Assembly (NCBI GenBank): GCA_032718475.1
Contig: JAUCBJ010008428.1
Span: 53,858-117,857 of the forward strand
Length of the DNA: 64,000 nt
Source: Nemertoderma westbladi
Lineage: Eukaryota; Animalia; Xenacoelomorpha
Reading direction: 5' to 3'
Program-made: the position numbers and the translations under genes
Shown: positions 35,858-48,778 of the stretch, piece by piece
How positions within the stretch are numbered: position 1 is the first letter of the stretch
How the letters are laid out: the number at the start of each line of letters is the position of its first letter
Notes under the pieces: generated by a model
Told to the model about the DNA's origin: nothing
Seen by the model: the letters and a program-made list of their open reading frames with translations, nothing else
The model's database searches: none

Positions 35858-38800
35858 GTGTGGTTGAATTCATTGACATATTCAAACAATTCGAAGGGAT
35901 CACTCACATATCAAATTTTTAAAAAAATATACAAAACATACAGAACTCATAGAGCATATATTAACGTAACTCAGGCAACCAAACTGATACTGTACATTGC
36001 ATACTTCTCCGGCATCGACACACTAATTATAATTAGCCTAAAAATTAACATTATGTTACTAAAATGTGGTGACGTTCACCCAAATCCAGGGCCTGTAATA
36101 TTGCCTCAAGGGCCGTTATGGAGCAAAATGTACCAATTACGCCAGTATCTAGTCAATAATCCAAACGAACTAAAATTTATTCATATTAACGCTTTAAGTC
36201 ACGTGAAACACTACAATGATATTAAAGACCTTCTTCAAACTGACCCCAAAATAACGACTAACACAGTAATCAGAATATCGGAAACTTGGTTGAAACGCCA
36301 CATAGCATCAAAATCAATACAATTATCAGGTTACAACATTGTAAGGCAGGATAGGAGAAAGAAGAAAGGGGGAGGTGTCTTATTTTACATACCTAGTCAC
36401 ATTAAATACAATACAAGGGGGGGATATTAAAATAGGGAACAATAGCACTACAACGAATAATAATAAAAGCAATTATAAGAAAGAAAATAAAATATATGAC
36501 TCATTGTGGATCAATATAGGCGATACTCTAGTAGGTGTATTCTACATACCACCACATGCTAATAATATTTGGGATGACCTGACCGAGGAAATGGAGAATG
36601 CTACCAATGCATCTCAAAATGTCCTTCTAATGGGTGATTTCAATGTTAATATTCAATCCACATATGACCCCCAATCGAAAAATAACTCGGCATATTATAA
36701 AAACAAGCAATTCCTGGAAATACTAACGACATACAACTTACAAATCCTAAATACAGAGCACCCCACTAGATATAAAGCAAAAACCAGCTCTCTTATAGAC
36801 ATGTTCATAACCACCTCAAATAATACAGATAACTACAGTATATTGAATGCAATACATTTCCGGATCTAAACTCTACTTGCTTTGTTCGTGGTTTGCTGGA
36901 ATGGAGAAATACTCCTAAAGAACATGGTATGTCTCCAGCTCAACTGTTGTTCGGTAGATCCCTCCATTCCACTATACCAGCTCATTCGTCCACACTGGCA
37001 GGTGATTCATTCCCTATCCCTGGTCCTTCAACGTCTTCAGCAACTGAATCATATTATAATGATCATGCTCACGACTTAACCCCGATTCATATTGGTTCCC
37101 GAGTTTGCATCCAGAGTGCACATTCCAAACTATGGAACAAATCTGGTATCGTCCTTTCCCGTGGTACTAGGCGAGATTACAGGATTGAACTAGACAATGG
37201 TCGGGTGTATTGGAGAAATCGTCGTTATCTGCGTTCCATCCCAGATGACTCTTCTCTTCGTGACATAACGCCTCAAAAACAGGTACAGTTCGCTGATGAT
37301 CTTCCCAGGCGCAGTTCGAGAACTCACAAGCAACCAGCAAGATTCGGAGTTCAATGAACTGACCTATTGGTGGTGTTTGGATTTTTTTTTTTCAGTACAA
37401 ATGTCTCCTACATTGTTCTTGGGGGAGATGTTAGATTATGTATTGTTAGGGCTCTAGTAGACCCTGGCTTGGTGGTGGTTAGATCCAACCTACTGGTCTT
37501 TTAGCTACCGGTCCTCTTCTGGTATTCCGGTATTCAGTCTTTCCTATCTTCTAGGTCTGTAGGTACAGTAACCGTTACCGGTACCTACTGTACTGCTGTA
37601 CTGATGTGCTGTAAGGTGGTGGGTGTGTTCGTTGGTCTGTTGGTTCATATTATTGTTTGATATGCTGTTCTGTATGTCGACCATTAATAAACTGATGCAG
37701 CTGGTATTCATTTATTTCCGATCCCAATACTTTTCCGATCACGAATTTATAGTACTGAAATCCAAACACGTAATTTCACAACCACCACAAAACACGAAAC
37801 CAGTATATTCTACAGTTAAATTACGCGATCTATCACACTTCAATGAATATGATTTTCTTATTGAAATTAGTAAAATTGACTGGACGAATAATTATTTTAC
37901 AAGCAATGTAGATTACGTTTATGACAACTTCGAAAATAAATTAAATGAAATATATGATAAGCATGCACCAATTAAAACTAAATGCATACGATCTATCAAT
38001 AATATCAAAAGCAACTTGCACAACATATCACTATGGTGGAACTCAGAACTATCATCCCTAAATATTGAAAAACAGCAAAAATTAATCAGGTGGAGACATT
38101 CAAAAAGTGAAAGTGACTTTGCAGACTACAAAACAATTCGAAATAAATTTAACTCACTAAATAAAAACCTAAAGAATAAATATATAAAATCAAAACTAAA
38201 TGATGCAACTGCAATAAAAGACAAATGGGCAATATTAAATAAAATCACTAATAATAATAAAAAAACCGAGCAAACTATATCGTCCTTAATTAATCACGCA
38301 ACAGGCTCTATTATTTATAACATATTACCAATGGCGAACCTACTTAATGACACATATCTAAATCTGGGTAACTTTCAAAGCACTGGCTATATAAAAAGAC
38401 ATTGTACTGTTCACTCTAGTTTCAGCTTTAAGAACGTAACCGAACTAGAAATATTTGAAATAATATCTAAAATAAACACAAATAAACCAACTGGTCCGTC
38501 AATATTAAGTCCAAAATTAATAAAACTAATTGCACCGTATATTACCATACCACTAACTCACATCACAAACTTATGCCTAACGTCAAGCACTTTTCCTTCT
38601 CGGCTAAAATCAACCTTTATTACTCCTGTATTCAAAAAAGGATCTCGAGATGAACCATCTAATTATAGACCTATTTCTGTCACATCAACATTCGAAAAAA
38701 TAATTGAAACAGTCATATATCACCAAATTACAAAATATCTACACAACAATAAAATACTACAAAGTAAGCAATTTGGTTTCAGAAAAGGGTATTCTACAGC

Positions 38801-39950
38801 AGACGCCGTTTTATTTGCAACCGAGTCTTGGAAACGCGAACTTAACGAAAAAAAATATATTGCTATTGGAGTACTAGATCTCTCTAAAGCTTTCAACTCC
38901 CTCCAGCACGACATTCTCCTAGATAAATTAACAGAAATTGGATTCCAATCGAATACTGTTGCACTTATTAAAAGTTATCTTCTCGACCGCCCACAAGCTG
39001 TAAAATTAAGCAAAATGTTCTCAGACTGGAAAATTTGCAATAGGGGTATACCACAGGGCACCAAACTTGGACCATTATTGTTTTTAATATATGTCAACGA
39101 CTTTGCAAATCAAATAAATTTGGAAACAATCCAATATGCCGATGACACTCTTATATATTGCTCGCACCCAAATGCACATACTGACAGTAAAACAACTAAA
39201 CAATCAAATCACATATATTAGCCAGCTATTCGCAACACTAGGTATGAAATTAAACTCAAATAAAACAGAACTTCTTGTTATATCCCCATTAAAGAGAACA
39301 GACGAATTAAATAATCTACATCTTGTGCTTAATAATGACATAATTAAACAATCAACCACAATTAAATATTTAGGCATCATCATAGATAACAGATTATCAT
39401 GGAAGGACCAAATAAAAACTACTACATAAAATGGCAGCGGCTACATCCACAATACGCCAAATAAAAGGACAATTTCCAATCTCTACGAAATTAATGTTAT
39501 ACAAAGCTCTAGTCATGCCGTACCATAACTACTGTAGTATCTTAACAGCGACATATAATAATACTCACGGATATAAGGAACTACTGTACAAAATGGATAA
39601 GATTCAAAATTACGCACTTAGGCTAATCTATAACAAAAAAATACGAGAAACTTCAGGAACAGAACTAAGACAATTAGCTAGGATCCCGCACCTTAACGCA
39701 CTGAGAGAACACCACGCAATACAATATTTCTATAAATACATGTTCAACATTATCCCAGCATTTAAATAATTAAAACTCCCGTTCATCAATCAAATATCAC
39801 TATCTAATAGGCAAATAAATCCACGAACTAAAAAAATAAAAGTTCCAAAAACAACAAACAGATTTGGTCACAACTCTTTTATTATCACATGCATAAAATC
39901 ATGGAACAATTTACCTAATAACATTCGTAAATTTGCACTCAATAAATAGT
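35858..39950 (+). pseudogene. LINE ORF2 (2A-like leader, APE endonuclease, RT), frameshifted and interrupted
   Basis: GDVHPNPGP; ISETWL; GGGV; MGDFN; SDH; NYRPIS; QFGFRKGYST; GIPQGTKLGPLLFLIYVND; QYADDT; KYLGI. Confidence 0.92.
36863..37713 (+). mobile_element. 3' fragment of a second Gypsy family (integrase tail, PPT, partial LTR) inserted in the LINE
   Basis: LLEWRNTP..SPAQLLFGR..RNRRYLR; GGGGGAGA|TGTTAG at 37429; ATTTCCG duplicated at 36856-36862 and 37714-37720. Confidence 0.88.
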
Positions 39951-40199
39951 TTTATTTAACCATACACCATACAACTTTAGTTAACTAAGTACGGTTGTAA
40001 TGTGTACAGTAAATATCTTATTATATTGTTTAGTGTCGTATTATTTAAAAATTATATTGTGTCAACACGTACATAGAAGATGGACCAAGTCCATCCAGCC
40101 CGCTGACTTTGACCTTTTAAACTATCTGTTTAATGTGTAACTTCGGTGCCATTTCACTGCCTTTAGTCCAGCATGCTGGCTAAAGTTTTAAGGTTAATA

Positions 40200-41577
40200 T
40201 TGTCGGGGTTGAGTGAGATGCCGGCTTCGCGGGAGCGCTGGAGGAACTTCCGGACACTGGCAATGTGATCGTCGAGGTTGTCACTATATAGCAACACATC
40301 GTCGACGACTTTTACCATGTCTGGAAGGCCTCTCAGCGCATCATTGCCGCGGCGATTGAACTCGTCCCCGCTCGAAACGAGTCCTATCACACTCCGCATA
40401 TATTTGTAACGCCCCGATGGCTCCTTAGTCTTGGGTTTACCTCCGGGGTCGGGCCCAGATCGGCAGCTCCCCTTGAAGTGGCCGACCCTGCCGCATTCTC
40501 TGCACAGTGCGTCCTTAGCAGGACAGTTCGCTCTCCCCGTAGGGTGCTTCCTTCCACAGTTCCGACACGCACCCGCGGCACTGGAGGATCGCGATGTGGA
40601 CGGCTGCTGGATAGGGCCGCGTCCGCGTTTGTAGGCAGATGTCACCTTGGCAATCGGCTTACCGCGGCCGATGATCGTGTCATTGCGCTCGCTTGCCTCG
40701 AACGACTGGCAGATACAAACGCAGTCTTCGAGAGTTGGTTGGGGGAGGAGCTTCAGCAGCTCAGTTTGTGTCTCGGAAGACCGGATTCCGACAAGGATCT
40801 GGTTCACGATCTGCCTGTTCCGGCAGTGAACGCAGAGTTTGTCGTCATCGATGAGTTCCTCGAGGGCAATCCGGAACGAACCGAACGATTCGTTCGGGCC
40901 CTGCCTCCGGTCGTGAAATTTAATTCCGTTGATGGAATGCTGCGCTTAGACCGGAGGTGCGTCTGTAAGGCGTCGAGGATGAACTCGGTCGTGGTGTAGG
41001 TGTGGTCGATGTCGACAGCAAGAGTGACTGTGAGAGTCTGCTGTATGTCCCGCCCGAGTGCAGAAACGAGCGCGTATACCTGCTCGTCGCGTGGGAAGGT
41101 TGAGGCCTGCTGGCGGTGCGCGTGCACCCGCCAGGCCTGGCGCCACCGACGGAACGAGGTAAACTCGATGTCGCCTCCATCTTCTCAAGCCTCTATCTTT
41201 TCCAGCCCTTGAAGGTCGATAATGCGGCGACGTGGTTGCGGAACGGAAACCGGTTCCTCAGCGTGGGGCACCAGAGCTGCACCACCGGGATGGGCCGCGC
41301 CCACCTGGAGTGCAGCGAGAAGCTGCGCGATCTGCACATCCGCAGCAGCCCATTGTTGCAATGCGGCGTCCTGCTGATTTAGAAGGAGCTGAGTTAGTTG
41401 CGTTACCCGGGCTTCAGCAGTGGCCTCGCGTTGAGCAGCTTCCGCGCGCTGCTGCTCCATCTGGAGGCAGACCTGTTCCAGGTCGCTCTGGATGGCGGGT
41501 TCGGTGCTTCCTGATTTCTCGTCCTTGGAAAGTGTACCGGTATCGTCTAGGCGATGTGTTTGACTGCGTGTTGACAT
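40200..41577 (-). pseudogene. gag: Gypsy gag fused by deletion to the RT core
   Basis: CRNCGRKH...C-PAKD-CRECGRVGHFKGSC knuckles followed by SGRYKYMR..GLVSSGDEF..VVDDVLLY; protease and RT N-terminus absent. Confidence 0.88.
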
Positions 41578-42086
41578 CGCGCGTGCGGTAGTAGCAGTAG
41601 GCAGTAGGCTTACTTGTAGTAGTAGCGTAGCAGTAGCTATGAAGCGCCGTTTACGCCAAAACCATCTGAATAAATATTATACTCAAGATGTGTCAATAAA
41701 ACATATTATGTATCTAAATTCTCGGCCGAGATTCTCGGCCGAGTTTTTCTCGGCCGAGTTTTCTAATTTATAATTTATTTATAATCTTAAAAGTTGTTTG
41801 TAACAGTTTATTGAAACTTTGTAACTGATTTATTAATTAAACTTTATGGAATTAAACTATATTGCCATTCTATATCACGTATTCTCTATCACCGTTTGTT
41901 TCAGTTTCTGTATCACTATTATTAGAAGAGCGAGGTGGGGGGGGGGGGGGGGGGGGGGGGGGGGCTTAACTATTTTGAATCGGGAATCGATTGAATCGGG
42001 AGTCCTGTTTAAATTACTTAATAGTTTATACAATATCATGGATGGTAAAGCATATAAACAATGAAATTATAAATACTGTATATTAG

Positions 42087-42400
42087 TTAATCACGTAGTC
42101 TCTGTCGTATACCAACTGCCCGTAAACCACCTTTCAAATATACCTCGCCGATATTAGGCGTATTGCTCAATATATGTCGTATAGCTTTATCAAGGTTGAC
42201 ATTATCTATATCAGAGTATTTATTATTATTCAGTCCATGTTTACAACGCCTTGAAATAGTTCGTTTGCTAACATCCAAAATGCGTGCCGTATCTCTTCGA
42301 GAGAATCCAATATTCTGTAAATAGTGCAACTGCCTCTCCGTAATTTCGTAACGAGGCCTCCCACCGCTGATACCTCCAACCAGTTCTACATTGGCCTCAG
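42087..42400 (-). pseudogene. IS3EU transposase N-terminal HTH fragment
   Basis: GRPRYEITERQLHYLQNIGFS..ARILDVSKRTISRR..YSDID..LD..PNIGEVYLKGGLRAVGI resembles IS3EU transposases as I recall them; no DDE core. Confidence 0.75.
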
Positions 42401-42552
42401 CCATACAGCCATAGGCATAGCTGCACACGTGTAGGACAGTGAAGTGAAACGGTAGCAATAGGATGCAGGCTTATGTACTGTACTGCTGTAATACTGTAAT
42501 TATTGCAAATACAATGCCATTTTAAATTTCCCGCCGTTTCATATTTTAATAC

Positions 42553-42735
42553 TTTCTCGGCCGAGAAAAACTCGGCCGAGAAAAACTCGGCCGAGAAAAA
42601 CTCGGCCGAGAAAAACTCGGCCGAGAAAAATTCGGCCGAGAAAAACTCGGCCGAGAAAAACTCGGCCGAGAAAAACTCGGTCGAGAATCTCGGCCGAGAA
42701 AAACTCGGCAGAGAAAACTAGGCCGAGGCCGAGAG
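42553..42735. repeat. 15-bp tandem AAAAACTCGGCCGAG, subterminal to IS3EU; inverted copies at 41720-41762
   Basis: About 11-12 copies seen directly. Confidence 0.95.
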
Positions 42736-45109
42736 CATTGAGTATAATATTTATTCAGATAGTTTTGGCGTAAACGGCGCTTCATAAGTAGCAGCTAGGT
42801 CGCGTGGGACCGGTGGATGGGGAAACTTCCAGCGGTTCAACTGCTGAACTCAGTAGCAGTTACCGAGCACTGCGCCATGTGATAATATGATGAGTCGGAA
42901 AATACAACTATCGGGCTGCAATCATATTGTATTCGTAAATTGTTATCATGACCGGTAAGCGGTGCTGCTGTTGGCTAGGCGGCACTGTATGTACTACAGT
43001 CTGACAGTACACAACGTGCGACCTACAGTATCCCACACCGTCTGACTGTTGACTGCGCTGTGATACTGAAAGTATATTGGTGTATATACAAGGACTACCA
43101 TATTGGGGCGGGCCACGTAGTAATGAGTCCGGGCTGGATGGTATCCCTACAATAAATGGATCATATTCTGGAACATTTTGATTATCCAGTATTTAGCTGG
43201 CAGCTGGGCAACAAGCCAATACCTATTTAATCATGTTATTATGTACAGTAGCTATTATTCGTACATGTTCTTAAAATTTGGTGTTTTGATTTAATCGATT
43301 TAAATAGCCTCGCGCAGGTGCAAAACCATGTAACATTTGAACGCTCAAAGTCTCAGCTATTTTTCAACGAAATTCAGATTGTGTAACATATTTGGAATCC
43401 TTACATGGCCAGCTTTCTAACAGTACCAACAAATCACTGTAACGTTGAAGAAAAACTGCGGTGTAACTGGTGAAATATCACCGGAGACAATTTTTCCAAA
43501 CACTTGTAGTTAAAGATGGAAAGCAAAAATAAAACTTCTGACTCACCCACGGAGTACTATCACTATCACTATTTCAAATTTCATACAATCTAATTAAGAT
43601 TTGTACAAAAATTTGGCGGGGGAGGGGATGGCTGGTACCTGAATAACGACAACTTATTCCGGGGCACATGGTGTACACGATGATGAGTATTTTATAAGAT
43701 AATTAATTATTCATTACACTTTTTGGTGCTTTACACATTAAATTCGTGTAACTTGTTTCAATTGTTTCAATTCAAAATTTCCCTGCATATCAAAAAGGAA
43801 TGTATAAAATATTACTTTGCCCCACTGCTAATATATTTATTGAGTAAAATAATATTCTAAATTACTACGAAAACTGTCGTAGTTTAAGTAATTTTGTATT
43901 TGCGGTGAAATAGCTATCGATTGCATGTGAAAATAATTGAAGTGCTACAAATGTACGGTGGCTGATTGAAGTATTTATATTTTAATGCACTGTACAAGAA
44001 ATAATTGGCAATTATTAAATATAACAAAACTTATTAATATTTAGGTGATGATTAAAGACAAGTCAGTATTGGGCGGTTACGTCTAGGCCGCGTAGCCACG
44101 CTCCATCCCCGAAACCAAGTCCACGCCAGCTGCGTCTACCTCCTCGGAGGCACAACGAACTAGAACGGAGTAGGGTAAAAAATGCCCAAGGAATTACAAT
44201 AAATAAGTTATTACTGTAGTGTTACAATTATTTACCTTTTGTGTAGAGTAACAGTTTCAGAGTCCCGATTTGTTGGTTACACGATGTGAGTGTGTAGAGA
44301 AATCAGAATTTCTACAGAGCCAAAATCTTGAAACTTTCGTTTCAAAAAGTATGTCTAATGCTGCAGAATGTTTCCCAACCCCATTTTATGATTATATTTA
44401 TGGCCTTGAAATATTTGTTCATATTTGATCGAAGTTTTATTAATATCTCAACATACTGAATCTTTGATAATTAAGATAAGATGATAAATTATACTCAAAA
44501 TGTTAATCCCGCAAGTCTGATCCTAATTAAACACGGAAGACACACAGTCACTATAGACTTAGCAGAATTTCGATGCATTATGAATTCAATTTGTATGGAT
44601 GTTGAGTTGTTTATATTTGGTAATCTTTACATTTATGTCGCCTCATGTGATACTAAAAACTAAATAAATAAGATATGATAATAAATTGTATGAATAATGT
44701 TAATCCCAAAATGTCTGAGCCTGATTAAACACAGAAGAAACAACCCTGGCAGACCTAGCAGAATATTCGATATATTTTAAATTAAGTTTGAATAGGATAG
44801 TATCAGATCGTGACGTGACAAGAGACGAAAAATGGCGAAAACTCTTCGAATGTATGGAAAACAGACGAAAACAGATAGAAGGTTTAAAAATAACCCTCCA
44901 TGCACCGAGGTGAAATCAAAACTAAAGTTAACAAAGTGTTACAAACCATTTAAAATTTAGCTGCGTTTACTGTGTCACCAAATTAATATTACTTTCTCCC
45001 CACTAGGCCTACAATAACACAGTTACAGTACTAAGGTGTACCGGTGCGCCAAACTACAGTACTACTACTACTGGTATCGGCATGCTGCATTGCAGCTGTA
45101 TTTTTAAGA

Positions 45110-46835
45110 ATGCTGTGCCGGCTTGTCGACAAAATTGCGCCGCCACAACTCCCTATCACCCATGACATTTGCTAGATCATCCGCATCTTCAAGGCCAGTG
45201 TCTGTCCATGGGCTGTCCACCATGCTTATTTACTCCATGAGGCTGCCATAGTACAAGATTATGCACTGGCTGGTCCTCACGGCGAAAGCAATGTCCTGCA
45301 AAGCGGAGGCGATTTTGTTCTAGTGTCAGGCCTGGGGGAACCAATGAGACACCTCCAATGTTATATAGTGTCTGGTTGGAGATGTGTGCATTGTACTTGA
45401 CACAATGAACCCGGCGTAGCATTCTTGTGAATGTGCCATCCAGAGATTTGTGGTCCTGAGCAGTTAGAGCCCAGCATGGACTCCCGTAGAGGAGTACTGG
45501 AACTACTGCTGCTCTAAATAATCGGACCTTAAGTTTCCCGATTCATTCTCGGTGACTTCCAAATCCTGGAAAGCCTATTCAAGGCTGCCCATGCCTTTCC
45601 CTTACGTATTCGAAGGTCCTCTCCCACCTGACTAACAGAAGTAAGCAGGTAACAGAAGTCGTCCACATGCTCAAGCATACCATCCTTTGAGCTTATGCTC
45701 ATCCGATCAGAGACTTGCTGAGGACTTTCAAAGTTAACTGTCAAAATTTTGGTCTTTCTGGAGTTAATAAAAAGACCAACACTAGAAGCAGCATGTTCTA
45801 ATGAGCTGAGGAGCCGTTGGGCTTACTCTAGTGATTCTGAGAGTACTCCTAAGTCATCAGCAAAGTCTAGATCAGTTAGGTACTTGGAAGGATTTCCTCG
45901 ACTTCTGGAGCCAGTAGGTGGAGTTATCATCACCCCATCATCATTATGATGATCTAAGGACATGCGTAGAACATAGTCAACCACAATAATGAACAAGAAT
46001 GGTGCAAGTGTGTCTCCTTGGAGGACGCCCCATAACAATTCAAACGGTTCTGTGTCACCGTCAACAGTAGACACAAATGTTGTCGAACCATCGTATACTG
46101 ATCTTATTGCTGCAATAATTTCATCAGGAATACCATATAATGAAAGTATGCTGAACATACATGAGCGAGAGACTGAATCAAAGGCCTTGAAGAAGTCAAC
46201 AAAGATAACAGCCAGATGCCTGTCTTTCTTTTTTGATAATTCTTCAATTATCCTTCTAAGTGCCAAAATGGGCTCCATGGTCCCTCGACCTTTACGGAAC
46301 CCATTCTAATTTCAACGGAGCAGTCTCTCAATGGGATCCCTGATGCGATTTAATAGAATCCTATTGTATAGCTTTGCAGCAATCGAGATCAATGAGATTC
46401 CCCGAAGAGAACCATAGAGTGTTAGGTTGCCCTGCTTGGGAACTGGCTCCAACTTATTTGTTTTCATTTCTTGTGGGACTCTTGTTGTTCGGTACATATC
46501 TACTATGATGGGATAGATGAGCTTTAAACACTCAGGTATTTTAAAGACCTCAGGGGGAACACCATCTACTCCACTGGCACGATTGGTCTTAATGCTCTTT
46601 GCAGCAGCCTTCACTTCTGCAAAGGAGATATCGCCATCGCCAATGGGAATATCTGGGAGTACAGACTCAGACACTTTTACTTCTATAAAGTTATCAGGCA
46701 ATACCCTGTCATTATTGAGGAGCTTTTCAAAGTGGGCTTTCCAACCATTGAGGCGATCGGCTGGTGATTCAGCCTTAACCTTGGTGGTTGGTTGGCTTTT
46801 CCGCCCAGTAAGCAAGTTGATCGATTTCCATGCCC
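45110..46835 (-). pseudogene. 5'-truncated RTE-clade LINE, RT region
   Basis: RGISLISIAAKLYNRILLNRIR; FVDFFKAFDSV; GVLQGDTLAPFLF; DLDFADD; RLRFAGHCFR; stops and frameshifts. Confidence 0.9.
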
Positions 46836-48778
46836 ATTTCCAAAAGATGCGATGAATTTATATTGAGTTATTAGAATACTACAGCATGTTTGTTGTTTCA
46901 CCATTTCCATGACAACCGGTAATAACACCAAGTCAGCTACCGATTCAGATTTGTTATCATATCAAAATGAATGGCCAGAAGCTAGGTCTTCCCAAAAATA
47001 TAAGTTCTGTGTGGTTACCAAAAAGTATCCCCTATATGCTGGCTGGCCCATGGACTAATTTGTTTCTCTAAAGTTAAATGCTATACTGTAGTATTAAAAG
47101 TTCTTAATCCAATATTGCGTGCTGATTGGCTACAGCAAATGATATCATTCTCAACTTTTAGGGGGGAGGGGGGTGGGGGGGGGGGGGGGTCGGCGGTGGG
47201 GGGTTGGGGGGTATGCCCCCCCCCCCTATGAACCTATTTTTTAAATGTCTTGTCAATTAGTGTTAAATGATAATATTGCTATTTCGTCATGGCCAACCAC
47301 TGTGTGGAAGGCCAAATATCCTCTCTATGAACATTTTAAAATTTATAGTCTCTCCCTAGCGGCTGGCGGCGGAATTAATGATTTCACTAAAAATGCTACT
47401 AATCCCTCAATCTTGGTAAAAATGGTAATATTTATCAAAATTCCATAAGATTACTTTTAAAGAGCTTTCAAAGCCTCCAAAGTTCAAATTGATCCAAAAA
47501 CGAAGAAAATTGGTTGAAAAATGACGAGTAGTAATTTGAAAATGAAAAATGTCATTCCGAGAAAATGCCCTTCAAAATTTAAACCTTCGCGCCAAAATTG
47601 GTTGTCTGTGTTCTGGTTGGTTAATTATTTCTGGCTATCTGTGTTCTGGTTGGTTAATTATTTCCGGCACGAAGGATGCAGACCAAAGAGCTAACATTTT
47701 CATTACGGGGGTTTTCGGGGTCGCTGAATAATTAATGTTTGGTGGAATCTAGTCTGTCTGTCTGTTGGTTTTCTTTCTTTCTTACAATTTGACGGACAGA
47801 CCATCATACCGAAAAACAGTGATAACTCGAGAACTGAAAGAGGTCTTGCTAAGCGGTTTTCAGATTTATAATCATCATTAAATTCTGCTCTAGATTAAAT
47901 AAAGAAACAACAATTTGAATTTGACCAAGGGGGTATACCCCCCCCCCCCCCTCCCTTAAGTCGTGGCTCTTTTAACTGCGTACCAAACCGGGGTTGCAAT
48001 AATATAACTTCTGTTTTATCAGTATTTAAGTTTTAATAGGTATTCCCTCATCCAGCCAAAAATATCATACAAGCAGCCCTCCGTCATTTACTGTTGTATT
48101 ATTAACGTCAATTGCGGTTTAAAAACAATATATAATTATGAATCATCAGCATATAAATGAAATAATATAAGCGATATTTCCGTTTAACTTTGGATAGTTA
48201 ACTAGTATATATATAGGGAATATCAGGGGCCCCAAAACAGAACCTTGAGTGTTCCGGCAAAAACAATATCATTTGTCAATAGATATTGACCTTAGTGAAA
48301 TATGAATATGTAAAAACATATCTAAGTAAATTCCGTGCCAAAAGGAATTTATTTGTGGGTAATGCTTCGTTCCTTTTATTGTGGATATGAATATAGAGTT
48401 ATGTCTAGTAAAATATTGCAATATTAAAGTATTATTTGTTATAATAACGCTCATTGATATAATACAATATATTGGCCTAAATTATACTTAAATCAATATT
48501 CACTAAATAATCTACTAACACATAATAATCTATAAACCCATAACAACAAATCACTGGCACTACCAACTAATGAATGTTGTGTGCTGCCTTATATACTCAT
48601 ACGTGATGAAGAGATGATATGAGATGATAATTGGTTACAATGTAGGAAAGCTGATTTCATGAGCCTTGATATTGGAAGTGTGTGAGATAACCAATAAGAG
48701 CTGACCAATTATCACTGTCACTGTGTTGACATTATATTGTGTTTCAGTCAACGTCTAAATCTGAGAGTGACTAGAAGC

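Larger units (their letters stand above)
35748..40199 (+). mobile_element. CR1/L2-group LINE inserted in the Gypsy RT
   Basis: Interrupts the Gypsy reading GISLNPD|KIQFAQ; TTGTC duplicated at 35743-35747 and 40200-40204; AT-rich ORF2 with APE and RT. Confidence 0.88.
41638..42786 (-). mobile_element. IS3EU-type DNA transposon, internally deleted
   Basis: About 49-bp TIR starting TATGAAGCGCCGTTTACGCC; 6-bp TSD AGTAGC; transposase N-terminal remnant. Confidence 0.85.
33349..43151 (-). mobile_element. Gypsy (Mag-like) LTR retrotransposon, decayed, with nested insertions
   Basis: Near-identical LTRs 33349-33614 and 42878-43151; TSD ATAAA; PBS TGGCGCAGT; PPT AGAAAGGGGG; gag knuckles, RT, RNase H and integrase in Gypsy order. 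Confidence 0.93.
30591..43698. mobile_element. Old foldback/MITE with ~370-bp diverged inverted arms, split by later insertions
   Basis: 30591-30725 plus 33108-33270 are collinear with the reverse complement of 43335-43698. Confidence 0.65.

Noticed and set aside
40478-41591. Plus-strand ORFs over the Gypsy gag
   Set aside because: Antisense shadows of GC-rich coding sequence.
44501-44785. Degenerate ~85-bp direct repeat about 197 bp apart
   Set aside because: Only two copies, no termini or TSD; uninformative local duplication.
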